DNA of 61,942 nt, filler included. It is 6 parts of 6 records of this genome, joined end to end, with 100 filler letters (N's around TTAATTAATTAA, not from the genome) between each part and the next. Parts side by side here need not be neighbours in the genome. Positions count along the whole stretch, not along the records: positions 8,821 to 24,068 come from SRR31156797_15024; positions 24,169 to 31,654 come from SRR31156797_15029; 4 more parts are not named here. The stretch is one strand, 5' to 3'. A model generated the notes under the pieces. The model was given only the letters and a program-made list of their open reading frames with translations, did no database searches and was not told the origin of the DNA. The position numbers and the translations under genes are program-made. Below are positions 19,615-30,050 of this stretch, piece by piece (position 1 is the first letter of the stretch; each line of letters begins with the position of its first letter).

Positions 19615-20178
19615 TTAGAGTGTTTCCGGCTCTACATTCTCATAGACTATCACATCATCCTGTCTGTAAACCGCCATAACCGTCTTTCCATCTATTGATT
19701 TTCTGGTCAGTGTTATGTGGTAAGGATTTTCTTCGATGTCGATGGTCCCGAAAAGGATATTATTATGAATGGTAATTGAGACGCTGCTGTTCTCATATCC
19801 TGAAACTTTTCCTTTGTACGTGTGAAACTCCGGTCCGCTGAGTATAAAGATCCCGGATTCGTTGATAAGCTTGATCTTTCGTTGGTCTTCAGAGACCACC
19901 TGTTCAACTAATTGCAGTTCAAGGTCAGTATCCGGCAGCGACAAGCTGATAATCCCGTCAGTCGCAGTTTCATTGAATTCATTAGGGTCAAGGGTTATTG
20001 TAACCGTTTCAAAAGTCCACACGTCTGAGATGCCCGACGTGCTTTTCTCAATGTTCCCTATATCTGCTATCTCTATTTTGGGTTCATAGGTCTCTTCTGT
20101 GAGCATATTCACTAATGTCAGGAGGATGATCAGGATCAATAGAAATGTCAGGATCTTTGAATATCTCGCACTCTCCAT
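19615..20178 (-). CDS. Membrane-anchored/secreted hypothetical protein
   Basis: N-terminal TM (ILTFLLILIILLTLV) and an acidic beta-rich body. Confidence 0.7.
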   Translation of the reverse strand: MESARYSKILTFLLILIILLTLVNMLTEETYEPKIEIADIGNIEKSTSGISDVWTFETVTITLDPNEFNETATDGIISLSLPDTDLELQLVEQVVSEDQRKIKLINESGIFILSGPEFHTYKGKVSGYENSSVSITIHNNILFGTIDIEENPYHITLTRKSIDGKTVMAVYRQDDVIVYENVEPETL

Positions 20179-20246
20179 TTATACTCACTATTTACAATAA
20201 ATGGGGTATAGTACTTAAAAAAAGTGGAAGTTGGTTTTGTACGGGA

Positions 20247-20453
20247 TCAGTTGTTATAGGCATCATATATCTGCCATATCCAGACGATGGTTCCGAGCAG
20301 GTAACCTATAAGGATGAACTGCAGAAACCAGCAGATAACAAGGACTGTCCATATGCCTATTGCTTTGAAGAATTCGCCTTTTGTCATCTGTCCAAGTCCC
20401 GGGATGAAGAATGAAAGCAATGCCGGAACACCGTATTTTTGATTGTTGCTCAT
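20247..20453 (-). CDS. Small TM2-like membrane protein
   Basis: ALLSFFIPGLGQ...IWQIYDAY pattern; two TM helices. Confidence 0.75.
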   Translation of the reverse strand: MSNNQKYGVPALLSFFIPGLGQMTKGEFFKAIGIWTVLVICWFLQFILIGYLLGTIVWIWQIYDAYNN

Positions 20454-20650
20454 AACTGGTACTCACTGTTTTTAGATTTCAATATGACCAATTAGGACTC
20501 AGGATGTATAAATAAGCTTACTGGAGCAAACTGTATGGCCATGTGATAGATAAGTTAGGGGTGGGCTGGTATTTCAACTATGATGAAGAAATATAATGGA
20601 GAAAAGGAAAGGACTTTATCAGATCAATATAAAAACAAAAAGCAGATCCA

Positions 20651-21265
20651 ATGGAACTCAATGATAAAAAAGGAATTCACAAAGAAAACGATGCTTTTTG
20701 TCCTGTATACAACAGCAATGAGAGTACGCGGATCATCTGGATTATCGTTATTTTCATCATCCTATGGTCGTTCCTTCTTTACTTCTACCCACCTGAAGTG
20801 ATAGTTGAGATGCTGGGTGTACATAACATCTATCTTCTAATTTTTCTGCTGGCTGCTATAGGTGGTGTCTCTACATTCACCTCGACCACATTCTACACAA
20901 CACTTGTAACACTAGCTCTGGGTGGTGTCAATGTATTGTGGGTTGCATTTTTTGCGAGTATCGGTCTGACATTGGGAGATATGCTATTCTATTATCTGGG
21001 AACTAAAAGCAAAGGATGCATCAGAGGAAGATATGGGTACTATGTTGGTAAATTGATAGTACAGTTCGACCGATTCGGTGACAACGTAGTGATGCTGCTA
21101 ATTTTTCTCTATTCTCTGACACCCCTTCCAAGTGATATATTGGCTATCGCTCTTGCCATAGTTGAATTTCCCTTCAGGAAAATGGTCGCACCGCTGCTAA
21201 TTGGTAATTTTGCCCTTATAGTCGTACTTATAGAACTTTCAAGGTTAGGATATGGTCTGATATGA
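20651..21265 (+). CDS. DedA/VTT (SNARE-associated-like) membrane protein
   Basis: GLTLGDMLFYYLG and LTPLPSD motifs; multiple TM segments. Confidence 0.7.
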   Translation: MELNDKKGIHKENDAFCPVYNSNESTRIIWIIVIFIILWSFLLYFYPPEVIVEMLGVHNIYLLIFLLAAIGGVSTFTSTTFYTTLVTLALGGVNVLWVAFFASIGLTLGDMLFYYLGTKSKGCIRGRYGYYVGKLIVQFDRFGDNVVMLLIFLYSLTPLPSDILAIALAIVEFPFRKMVAPLLIGNFALIVVLIELSRLGYGLI

Positions 21266-21370
21266 TCGCAGTATGAAAGTTATATATCTCTTTAGTTGAA
21301 ATAGAAATCAGGGTCATGCAAACAACTTTTAGTTTTAACTTTAATTTTAAATTTATGGGGATGAACAAAA

Positions 21371-22843
21371 ATTACCGAAATATCAGGGAACGAGCAGGAA
21401 AAAGATCTTCCGGTTCATAATCAGAAAAATTGTGACAAAGAGCTTGCGGGAACATCAAAGAGTGTGTGTCCTGAATGCCTAAAAGTCATAGGTTGCAGGA
21501 CATTGATACGCAAAAATGAGGTGTTTTTACTCAAGAATTGCCCGGAGCATGGTTCCTTTGAAGTTCTCATCTACTCGGATGCTAGTGACTATCTCAGCGC
21601 GATAAGTTCTGATACTCCCGGCTCAAAGCCCCTGCACTGCCAGAACCCGGTTTCAAAAGGCTGTCCGCTGGATTGTGGTCTGTGTGAGGACCACAGACAG
21701 CATACATGCGTCGGTATCATAGAAATCAATGATAACTGCAACCTTAATTGTCCCGTCTGTTTTGCTGATTAAAAGCATAGCTTTTCCCTGTCATTTGATA
21801 AAGTAAAGGAAATGATAGACCTCTATTGTGAATGTGAGAAAGACCCTGAAGTCCTTCAGATAAGTGGTGGGGAACCCACTCTGCATCCTGATATAATCAG
21901 GATTCTGGATTATATGGGGCAGAAAAATATATTGTACCCTGTCCTGAACACCAATGGAGTAGCACTTGAAGATGTGGATTTTGCAGAAAAGGTAGCATCA
22001 ACTATCAATAATAACCGTTCCGGTAACACAAAGCTCATTGTCTACATGCAATTCGATGGATTTGATAACAATACAAGTGAAACGATAAGAGGAAAGCCTC
22101 TGCTCGACGTAAAAATGAAGGCACTTGAGAACTGCGAGAAACTTGGTATGTCAGTTGTCCTTGTGTCCACTATCATCAAAGGGATAAACGACCATGAGAT
22201 CGGTCCGATCATCAACTTTGCCATGCAAAAGCAATACATAAAAGCTGTTAATTTCCAGCCGGTTTCCCTGACAGGAAGATATGAACTGGAAAAAGAGCCA
22301 GAGAATAGAATAACAATTCCCGAGGTCCTTTATGAGATAGAGCGACAGACAAATGGTATATTGAAAAAAGATCATTTTTCCAGTGTCCCTTGTCCGTATC
22401 CCACCTGTTCGGCGTCTTCCTATGTTTATAATCATAATGGAAGAATTGTCTCAGTGAACAGGTTCCTGAATTCAGATACTTATCGCAAGTTTCTTGTTGA
22501 CAGGACACTCGTAGACCCTGAGATCACGGCAAAGATTGCAAGACCGGTCAATGCTCTTAATGCTCTTAATGTACTCCTAAGTAAGAACAATGCATTCTGT
22601 AGCGATGCTTCGGGCAAATATGATTGCACTTTCCTGCCGGGGCTTCTCTCTAATTCCGGGAAGATGATGGAGAATATCACTCTCATTTCAGTACATGCTT
22701 TTATGGATGAATATAATTTTGATGTGGAAAGAGCAAAGAAATGCTGTGTTACCGAGATCCTTCCCAATGGACAGATGATTCCCTTCTGTGCTTATAATGT
22801 CCTTTACAGGAAGAAATTAAGCAGGCAATTAAGTCAGTATTGA
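21371..22843 (+). pseudogene. Radical SAM protein of the MJ0619/Tes-like (COG1964) family, interrupted by an in-frame TAA
   Basis: ORFs 21464-21772 and 21812-22843 share one frame, separated by a single TAA at 21770-21772 just after CNLNCPVC. Motifs SVCPEC, CPEHG, GCPLDCGLC, QISGGEPT, MDEYNFDVERAKKCC, IPFCAYN. No ATG in the upstream open frame (ATT at 21371 follows an SD). Confidence 0.8.
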
Positions 22844-22868
22844 GATATGCAGTATAAAGTTTTCCTGA

Positions 22869-23474
22869 TCATTTCTCATAATAGGGCTTTAACCGCGGGA
22901 TTATCCTGCGAACATGCTTCTGGTATTCCCTGTATTCATCGCCGAACTGGGCCAGAAGCCTGCTTTCCCAGTGAAGGGACCCCATGACAAGATAGATCGT
23001 TGTCAGGATGTATATGATCAGCAGGTTTGTTGTCATGAAAGGTGTCAGACACATAAAGACCAGTCCGGAAAGCAGAAACGGGTCTCTTATCCAGCGATAG
23101 ATACCATGAATATTCAGATTGCCTGCTTCAGGTGTATCTGCTGCAGCTAGCTGTCCTCTCAATTTGAATCTATGAGGAGCATCCCTCAATGCTCTCGGAC
23201 CAACTATAGCAACTATGATCTGGCCACCTACCATAAACCAGCGCCATGGTGATGGAACGATATAGAGGAACGGACCCGGGTTCTTATAGAGCAGGTATAC
23301 CAGGGGGATCAGAGTAATAACGGCTATGATGTTGTACACCGGCATATACAGGTCGTCAGCTCTTGAACCCAGAGAACGCCTGATGAAACGTTTAAAAGGA
23401 AGACTTGCCAGCAGACTATGAATAGCTGCAAATCCAGCTAAACAAAGAACAAGCACTATTATTGATAAGACCAA
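22869..23474 (-). CDS. ICMT/NnrU-superfamily membrane methyltransferase (MddA-like)
   Basis: FAAIHSLLAS, GIYRWIRDP, EsRLLAQFGDEYREYQKHVRRIIP (ICMT C-terminal pattern). Confidence 0.7.
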   Translation of the reverse strand: MVLSIIVLVLCLAGFAAIHSLLASLPFKRFIRRSLGSRADDLYMPVYNIIAVITLIPLVYLLYKNPGPFLYIVPSPWRWFMVGGQIIVAIVGPRALRDAPHRFKLRGQLAAADTPEAGNLNIHGIYRWIRDPFLLSGLVFMCLTPFMTTNLLIIYILTTIYLVMGSLHWESRLLAQFGDEYREYQKHVRRIIPRLKPYYEK

Positions 23475-23697
23475 TTATTGCAACCTCCTTTATTATATCA
23501 GGCAGATGTTGTATTTAGGGGTTGTGAAAGCAATAGACTGCTTTTTTGTTTCTCTGTTCAGGGATGAGTGATAATTTCGATCTGTAAACCCTGGAGGCCA
23601 TGTTTACACAGCATGCATCTGGCTGCAACAACGGTTCTTGATTCCTGTGTCCCTTTTCTGATACTAGGCGACTGGAATTAAGAAATATGAAGAGTTT

Positions 23698-23880
23698 CTA
23701 TTTCTTTTTGTAAAACTCTATAATCCATCCCGTTCCAAGTATTATTAGAACTATAGGAAACCACGGAATATCGATCGTTAATATGTTCAATTCATTTATC
23801 AGCCATAAGATACCGGTGACCAGTATTATCACAGGTATCATTGGAAATACCTGTTTCTTTGGGCTTTCTTCTTTTTCCAA
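23698..23880 (-). CDS. Small two-TM hypothetical protein
   Basis: TTG start after the GAGGTG SD; two hydrophobic helices with WFPIVLIILG. Confidence 0.65.
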   Translation of the reverse strand: MEKEESPKKQVFPMIPVIILVTGILWLINELNILTIDIPWFPIVLIILGTGWIIEFYKKK

Positions 23881-23986
23881 AGTAACACCTCATAACAAAA
23901 TACAATCCAATGATTTATTAAGGCTTCTGATCACTTTAATAGCTTCACGGCAAATCGGGATTAGATGGGACGAGCTCGTCTGATTA

Positions 23987-24067
23987 CTATTCTATAAGTA
24001 ATTCGGTGATCGGCTCTGTTAAAATTCTGTTAATTGCGACTTTGAGCTCAGCAATTTTCAATAACTG
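23987..24067 (-). CDS. 3' end of an unidentified ORF (...QLLKIAELKVAINRILTEPITELLIE*)
   Basis: Open frame from the contig end to TAG TAA; too short to identify. Confidence 0.3.
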   Translation of the reverse strand, partial: QLLKIAELKVAINRILTEPITELLIE

Positions 24068-24068
24068 C

Positions 24069-24168
24069 NNNNNNNNNNNNNNNNNNNNNNNNNNNNNNNN
24101 NNNNNNNNNNNNTTAATTAATTAANNNNNNNNNNNNNNNNNNNNNNNNNNNNNNNNNNNNNNNNNNNN
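24069..24168. other. Artificial contig spacer
   Basis: N44-TTAATTAATTAA-N44. Confidence 0.99.
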
Positions 24169-24200
24169 CAAAAATGACTCTCGCCGAAGGCGCATCTTCC

Positions 24201-24231
24201 AAATAAGAGAGGCCGCTACAAGCGGCTTCTC
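24201..24231 (-). terminator. Probable terminator of the DMT permease gene
   Basis: GAGAGGCCGCT-ACA-AGCGGCTTCTC hairpin about 11 nt past the stop, followed by TTATTT on the minus strand. Confidence 0.45.
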
Positions 24232-24242
24232 CTTGCTCTTCT

Positions 24243-25154
24243 CTAAGGCTTGAGCTGACTCAATAACATCCCTGCTAACATCAACCCGCAACCAACCATC
24301 GCTCGTAAACTCAACACCTCACCAAGCATCAGACACCCACCAATCACTCCAAATACAGCTTCAAGGCTGAGAAGGACGGCAGCATGGGCCGGTTGTGCGT
24401 CGCGCTGCGCAATCACCTGTAAGGTGTATGCAATGCCCACAGACAGGAAGCCTCCGTAAGCAATCGCCGGGGCCGCGCCAATAAGTCCTGTCATAGTGAT
24501 TTCTTCGGTGGCAACAGCACCAATGAGACTCAGGACCGCGCAGGCCGAAAATTGTACAATGGACAGCTTGATGGCGTCCACCGCATCAAGTCCAGGGGAC
24601 AGCTTACCCACAAGAAGCACATGCCCTGCCCAAAACACTGCGCTGACAAGGACCAACATGTCACCGAAGGAGATGGAAAGGTCCGAAGTGACTGACAGCA
24701 AGTACATGCCGACAACCGCGAGTCCTGCGCCAACCCAAGTTCCCCATCCGGTCTTTTGGGCTAGAAAGAGGCCGAAAATGGGGACCAAAACAACGTATAA
24801 CCCAGTGATGAATCCCGCCTTGCCGGCTGTGGTCGCTTCGAAACCAAATTTGGCAAGTTGTGGACCAGCGAGTCCCATTTGTTGCAAGGAGGCTCCCACA
24901 AAGAGGGCAATGCCGAGCAACCCACCGCCGATAAGCATTTTTTTTCTATCCACTCCCATTGTTTTGGGGGAGTGTTTTTTCTGCATATAGAGAATGAGCG
25001 GGACTAGAGCCAGTGCGCCCAGAGCGAATCGAATACCATTGAAAGTGAGTGGACCGACGTGGTCCATACCCACGCGTTGCGCAACAAAGGCCAGCCCCCA
25101 TATGACGGCTGTGATGAAGAGCAGAATGTCGGCGCGAAGTGTACGAGAATTCAA
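24243..25154 (-). CDS. DMT/EamA family permease
   Basis: AVIWGLAFVAQRVGM, TTAGKAGFITGLYVVLVP, AYTLQVIAQR...LSLEAVF; about 10 TM. Confidence 0.92.
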   Translation of the reverse strand: MNSRTLRADILLFITAVIWGLAFVAQRVGMDHVGPLTFNGIRFALGALALVPLILYMQKKHSPKTMGVDRKKMLIGGGLLGIALFVGASLQQMGLAGPQLAKFGFEATTAGKAGFITGLYVVLVPIFGLFLAQKTGWGTWVGAGLAVVGMYLLSVTSDLSISFGDMLVLVSAVFWAGHVLLVGKLSPGLDAVDAIKLSIVQFSACAVLSLIGAVATEEITMTGLIGAAPAIAYGGFLSVGIAYTLQVIAQRDAQPAHAAVLLSLEAVFGVIGGCLMLGEVLSLRAMVGCGLMLAGMLLSQLKP

Positions 25155-25227
25155 GCGGTGATCTCCTTTAAAAAGATCACCTCATGTACTGCATTCGTTC
25201 TCTGGCGGCAAGCGCACAGAGCAGGGA

Positions 25228-25809
25228 TTACTCGGCGGAAGCCTCTTCTGCTTTCATTTGATCAACGGCAGCATTGGCTTTTTCGGCCAACGATTTGATC
25301 ATGTTCAGCAGATAGGGTTCGGCTTCCGGGGTCCCTTCGCGGGGTGCCCAGTCCGGAATGTTCTTGTCGGAGTCCGGTTTGTATGGGCCGGTCTTGGTTT
25401 CGAACATCAGGGTATCCGGTTTGAGCGGAATGAATGTGTGATAGACGTGCGGAGCCACATCAATGCCGAAATTTTCTGTTCCGGGCTGGAGCAGAATGGT
25501 CTGTTCGACTTTTCCGTCATCAGTGAATTGCACATACAGCATGGACCCGGCCATGACTAGGACGGTTTCATCCTTGGGCGGGTCCAGATGCCTATGCGGC
25601 ATTATGTACGTGCCTGGCTGCATGGCGTTGAACATGCGATGGGCAAGTGCGTCGTGGGACGAATGCAGCTTTTGCAGCATTCGTTTACGGGGAGCCTCTC
25701 TGGACTGGGCCAGCAAGTCGCCGACCATGGTCAGGCTCAAAGGGGTAACGTCGGTGTCGGGCGCATCCATAGCCATGGGAAAGTCGGTAGATTGTTGAGT
25801 CATGGGCAA
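25228..25809 (-). CDS. WbuC family cupin-fold metalloprotein
   Basis: APRKRM, HRMFNAMQPGTYIMPHRH, YHT, FETKTGPY, PDWAP. Confidence 0.88.
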   Translation of the reverse strand: MPMTQQSTDFPMAMDAPDTDVTPLSLTMVGDLLAQSREAPRKRMLQKLHSSHDALAHRMFNAMQPGTYIMPHRHLDPPKDETVLVMAGSMLYVQFTDDGKVEQTILLQPGTENFGIDVAPHVYHTFIPLKPDTLMFETKTGPYKPDSDKNIPDWAPREGTPEAEPYLLNMIKSLAEKANAAVDQMKAEEASAE

Positions 25810-25843
25810 GAGATATCCTGCCCATGAACTTTCGGCAAGTCGA

Positions 25844-26704
25844 CTAGTCGAGCTTTAACCCGAGAAGTGACAACTCTGAGTAAGTCAGGTCGATGTCACG
25901 GGGGTGCACGCGAGACGATTTGTAGAAGCGAGGAGATTTGATGATCTCTACCTCGGCTCCGGGGCCGTCGTCCTCCACGAACCGACGGTCAGCGGCCAGC
26001 ACACATTCGTTGTCGGGGAGCAGGGCTTCCGCAATGTGTTGTGCTCGCTTGGTGAACAGTTCGGGATTGCTTCGATACAAAACGTCGTAATAAACACGAT
26101 CTCCATGTTTTATTGCTCTCGAAAGAAGCAGCAGACATTGTGAACAACGGGTCGTTACCAGTACCGGCATGACGCGAAGGGGGACGTGGTCATCGAAGAA
26201 AGGCAAATCTTGAGGGGCGGAATGAGAGCGAATTTTACCCGGATCAACGATCAATTCCAAGTTGTCATAGGGAACTCCGGTTTTGCGCCAGAGTAGTCGC
26301 TCTTCTTCAAGGACATTCATGCCGAGAGACTTGAAGAAATCAATCCGTTTGGGAGAAAGAGAGAAAACCGTGTAGGTTGTTTCCGGGTCGGCCGTGGCCA
26401 TTTCGAGCATTTTGCTCCCCAGGCCATTTTTTCGATAGTCCTTGTGGATATACCAAGAGGTGAAGTTGGTAAATCGTTCCCAGTATCCGTCAATAATGCG
26501 GTGGGAACAGATGTGGCCGTGAAAGCCGACAATCTTTCCAGCGTCTTCAGCGACAATGCCGAAGTCCGGTTTGCCTGAACACCAGCCATGGGTAAAGAGA
26601 GCTCGCCATCGCTTTGGAGGGAAGGCTGGGTTCATGTGTTTTGTCAAAAAGGCGCAGATGGCGTCAAAATCATTCGGTGTCGCTCGACGCAGTATGGCAG
26701 TCAT
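25844..26704 (-). CDS. GNAT-domain protein
   Basis: LRRATPNDFDAI N-terminus and SWYIHKDYRKNGLGSKML acetyl-CoA motif A; start placed at ATG 26704. Confidence 0.75.
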   Translation of the reverse strand: MTAILRRATPNDFDAICAFLTKHMNPAFPPKRWRALFTHGWCSGKPDFGIVAEDAGKIVGFHGHICSHRIIDGYWERFTNFTSWYIHKDYRKNGLGSKMLEMATADPETTYTVFSLSPKRIDFFKSLGMNVLEEERLLWRKTGVPYDNLELIVDPGKIRSHSAPQDLPFFDDHVPLRVMPVLVTTRCSQCLLLLSRAIKHGDRVYYDVLYRSNPELFTKRAQHIAEALLPDNECVLAADRRFVEDDGPGAEVEIIKSPRFYKSSRVHPRDIDLTYSELSLLGLKLD

Positions 26705-26712
26705 GAAACTTC

Positions 26713-27501
26713 CTATTTTGGTTGCGGCCAAATATCAGCCGGAACAAGCCATGTAACGCCAGCGTGCGCGGTGGTCAAGGCGAAGATGTCTTCAACGAAT
26801 TGCCAAGCATCCCGGTCCATTTCAAGATGATGGGTGAGCAGACATGTTGGTTCGCTTTTGTCTGCCACGCCGGTTCGCTTTTCTTTCAGGTGGTTAACCA
26901 GAGAACGGATACACTTTTCCTGTCCAGCGAATCGGGCTTCTCTTTTTTTCCAACTGAGAACATCGCAATGAGCATCGGCCACACGCAGATCGCTTGGCGG
27001 CACAGGGCGATTTTTTTTGTAGCTGGCGGACAGACCACGAAAACCCATAACAGGCAGGTAAAAAAGAAGTTCGGGATCAATGCGGTTCCATGGCGGTACT
27101 AAAACAGGAACAAACCGGGTCTTGAAAAGTTGGCTGAGTTTGAGCATGCCGTCGCGTAATTCGTCGAGCACAACAGATTTTGGTCTGTGCAGCCCGAGTT
27201 CCCAAGCGCCCATGCCGGAGCCGGATGGGGCGTGGTTTACATGAGCATAGCCGTGTTGAAGAATCCAGATATGCGATGCGCCTGATATGGTTTTGCGCAT
27301 GGGTTCCCCGGTTTTGGCTGGGACTGTCGCCAGTCCGCATGGCACGTCATACCGGTCGCTGATACGGATGAGCTGATCCAGTTCTATTGTGGGTTCTGCT
27401 GCATCATCATCTCGCCACCAGAGTTCGACCGTCATACCGGCGTGCTTCCAGGCATTGAGTTCCTGCAAAAATGTGTTCATATTATCATGGGTCATATTCA
27501 T
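26713..27501 (-). CDS. Polysaccharide deacetylase family protein (CE4-like)
   Basis: WWRDDDA, LQHGYAHVNH, LVPPWNRI, LLTHH motifs. Confidence 0.85.
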   Translation of the reverse strand: MNMTHDNMNTFLQELNAWKHAGMTVELWWRDDDAAEPTIELDQLIRISDRYDVPCGLATVPAKTGEPMRKTISGASHIWILQHGYAHVNHAPSGSGMGAWELGLHRPKSVVLDELRDGMLKLSQLFKTRFVPVLVPPWNRIDPELLFYLPVMGFRGLSASYKKNRPVPPSDLRVADAHCDVLSWKKREARFAGQEKCIRSLVNHLKEKRTGVADKSEPTCLLTHHLEMDRDAWQFVEDIFALTTAHAGVTWLVPADIWPQPK

Positions 27502-27594
27502 TTTTTATATCAAAGGTTCTCCACAAAAGCCAATGGCTCCTCTGGCGTTTTCGCGCAATCCGTGGCAGGACCATGCTCGGAGGCCACAACTGTG

Positions 27595-28704
27595 ATGAAT
27601 GTACCCCGTAATAGTATTATCTGGAACATGACGCGAAAATGTAATTTTCGCTGTGAATATTGCTATTTCCCGCATGACAACACCCCGGTAACAGAGACTC
27701 TGCCAGCCGAACGCATCAAGGACTTTCTCGATAATACCGGGGAAGTCTGGAAGGTGGGACTGACCGGTGGTGAGCCGTTTATTTATCCGAATTTTGTAGA
27801 TGTCTGCGAGGTCTTGACCTTTTCGCATATCATCGGTGTGGATACGAACCTGTCTGTGTCCTCCAAAGTCAGGGAATTTGCCGAGCGTATCGACCCGAAT
27901 CGGGTGCATAATCTGTACGTGGCTTTGCACATCGAGGAGCGTGAGAGGATCAAGGGCGTGGATGCCTTTATCAGGAATGCACAACTTCTCATGGACAAAG
28001 GGTTTGAGATTATCGTCAATTACGTGGTTCATCCAACGTTGGAAGGTCGTTTTCAGGATGATCGGGAGTTTTATGCCAGCCACGGCATTACCATCACGCC
28101 CCGTCCGTTCAAAGGCGAACATGAGGGGCGGCGGTACCCAGAGGCCTATGGAGATCGGGCACAGGTTATTTTTGGTGATCATCCCGAACAGGGTAAAAAG
28201 GTCGCTTTTAATTTTTATGGCGTTCCCTGTTCCGCAGGGCGGACCTTGTTGCGTATGGAACCGGACGGAACCATCTTCCGGTGTCCCGGCGATAAAACCG
28301 TGCTCGGTAACGTCATGGATACGGTCACGCTGTATGAAGGGCATGAACCGTGTGTCAAGAAGCGGTGCCCCTGTCGCGGGTTGGACCATGTTCAGTTGAC
28401 CGATTTTGAAGCGCATATGGTGGACGGCGTTCAGTACGCCGTGGTGGCTGATAACGAACAGTCCCGGTCCGCATTCGAGCAAGCCGTTGTGTTGGTTCCA
28501 AATGATCCGTGTGCCGAGAATAATCTTGGCGTGTTGGCGTGGCGTCAGGGCGATCAAAAGGATGCTCTTATCCATTTTGAAAACGCACTCACGAGCGTGC
28601 CAGATAACGCTCTTTATATTCGTAATCGCGACGGTGCACAGGCCGCACAAGCCGACTTTGATCCGCAGATATGTCTGGATGTGAATTCTGATTTAACAAA
28701 GTAG
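27595..28704 (+). CDS. Radical SAM protein with SPASM/twitch-like domain and C-terminal TPR
   Basis: WNMTRKCNFRCEYC, TGGEPF, CSAG...CPG...CxxxxCxC, AENNLGVL TPR; start moved downstream of the divergent deacetylase. Confidence 0.85.
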   Translation: MNVPRNSIIWNMTRKCNFRCEYCYFPHDNTPVTETLPAERIKDFLDNTGEVWKVGLTGGEPFIYPNFVDVCEVLTFSHIIGVDTNLSVSSKVREFAERIDPNRVHNLYVALHIEERERIKGVDAFIRNAQLLMDKGFEIIVNYVVHPTLEGRFQDDREFYASHGITITPRPFKGEHEGRRYPEAYGDRAQVIFGDHPEQGKKVAFNFYGVPCSAGRTLLRMEPDGTIFRCPGDKTVLGNVMDTVTLYEGHEPCVKKRCPCRGLDHVQLTDFEAHMVDGVQYAVVADNEQSRSAFEQAVVLVPNDPCAENNLGVLAWRQGDQKDALIHFENALTSVPDNALYIRNRDGAQAAQADFDPQICLDVNSDLTK

Positions 28705-28841
28705 AGGTGGCGTCATGCCCGAATCTCGGGTAAAGGACGCTGTGTTGGCTTTTCTGGACAGAATGGACCCAAGACGGTAACGTCACGCCGTTGCCGAAAT
28801 AGGATGATATTCGGCGTTTTTTATTGCCGTAGACAAACGAT

Positions 28842-30050
28842 ATGGAATCGAAAGCATATAATATACTCATGTATTCCCATGACACTTATGGTCTGGGACA
28901 TATTCGGCGTACCATGGCCATTGCCAGGAATTTGGTGGCGCAGGATGTGAACATTCTCATTGTTACCGGTTCCCCCATTGTTGGGCGATACACTATGCCC
29001 AAGGGTATTGATTTCGTCCGTATGCCCGGCATGATCAAGAAAACCAACGCCATTTACGTCCCCCATTCCATTAAGGTCGACCCCAAGATCGCCATTTCTA
29101 TTCGTAAGAATATTATTTCTGCCACGGCCAAAGCGTTCAAGCCGGACCTTTTTGTCGTGGACAAAGTGCCTACCGGCCTTAAAGGTGAGGTTCTGCCTAC
29201 CTTGAAGTGGATCAGGAAGAATTTGCCATGTACCCGCGTGGTACTTGGTTTGCGTGATATTCTGGATGATGCAGAGTCCACCCGTGCCGACTGGAAACGC
29301 AAGCAGTTTCCCGAGGTCCTGCGAGATCTTTATTCCGAGATTTGGGTATACGGCTACAAAGCCATGTATAATCCAATCACCGAATATGCCTTCCCGGATG
29401 ATATAGCGGCAAAGACGGTTTTTACGGGCTACATCCCTCGTAAAGCCCCGCGTACCCGTAAGGTCAGGCGCAAACACAAGCAGGTGGTTGTTACCATCGG
29501 CGGTGGCGGTGACGGTTACAACGTGTTGGATACCTATCTCAAGATGCTTGAGACAAACGGTACCGTTGATTTCAAGACGCTCATGATTACTGGTCCGTTT
29601 CTCTCACCAGAGCGGTTGGACGAATTAGCTGACCGTGCTCGTGCTCTCAAGGTTCAGATTAAGCCATTTGTGCGGAACATGGAAAAGCGCATGGCCAAGG
29701 CTGACCTGGTGGTTTCCATGGGTGGCTACAATACCATGTGCGAAATTTTGTCCCTGAAGAAGCCTGCCTTGATTATTCCCCGCGACAATCCGCGTCAGGA
29801 ACAGCTTATTCGTGCTACTGTCTTTAAAAAACGTGGGCTGTGTGATTTTATCAAGTGGGGCGAAGTCACGCCCGAAACCATGCGAAAAAAGATCAATGGC
29901 CTGTTGGAAGACCCGACCCCCTACACCGCTGAACTTGAAACCTTTGCCATGACCGGTCTGGAAGTCATGCGTGAACGGCTTGAATATTTTCGAGAGCATT
30001 GCTTCTCTGAAGAAATATCCGAAGAAAACAGCGAAAGAGACTCCTCATAA
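28842..30050 (+). CDS. Predicted glycosyltransferase (COG4671-like, GT28 C-terminal fold)
   Basis: YSHDTYGLGHIRR, LGLRDILD, GGGGDG, VSMGGYNT, PR...EQLIRA. Confidence 0.88.
   Translation: MESKAYNILMYSHDTYGLGHIRRTMAIARNLVAQDVNILIVTGSPIVGRYTMPKGIDFVRMPGMIKKTNAIYVPHSIKVDPKIAISIRKNIISATAKAFKPDLFVVDKVPTGLKGEVLPTLKWIRKNLPCTRVVLGLRDILDDAESTRADWKRKQFPEVLRDLYSEIWVYGYKAMYNPITEYAFPDDIAAKTVFTGYIPRKAPRTRKVRRKHKQVVVTIGGGGDGYNVLDTYLKMLETNGTVDFKTLMITGPFLSPERLDELADRARALKVQIKPFVRNMEKRMAKADLVVSMGGYNTMCEILSLKKPALIIPRDNPRQEQLIRATVFKKRGLCDFIKWGEVTPETMRKKINGLLEDPTPYTAELETFAMTGLEVMRERLEYFREHCFSEEISEENSERDSS

Noticed and set aside
21770-21772. Recoding of the radical SAM in-frame stop
   Set aside because: The codon is TAA, which neither Sec (TGA) nor Pyl (TAG) systems decode; treated as a lesion or error.
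22550-22571. 9-nt tandem duplication AATGCTCTT x2 (NAL-NAL)
   Set aside because: In-frame micro-duplication in a variable loop; no evidence of function.
27505-28650. 381-aa minus-strand ORF opposite the radical SAM gene
   Set aside because: Antisense shadow with no motifs.
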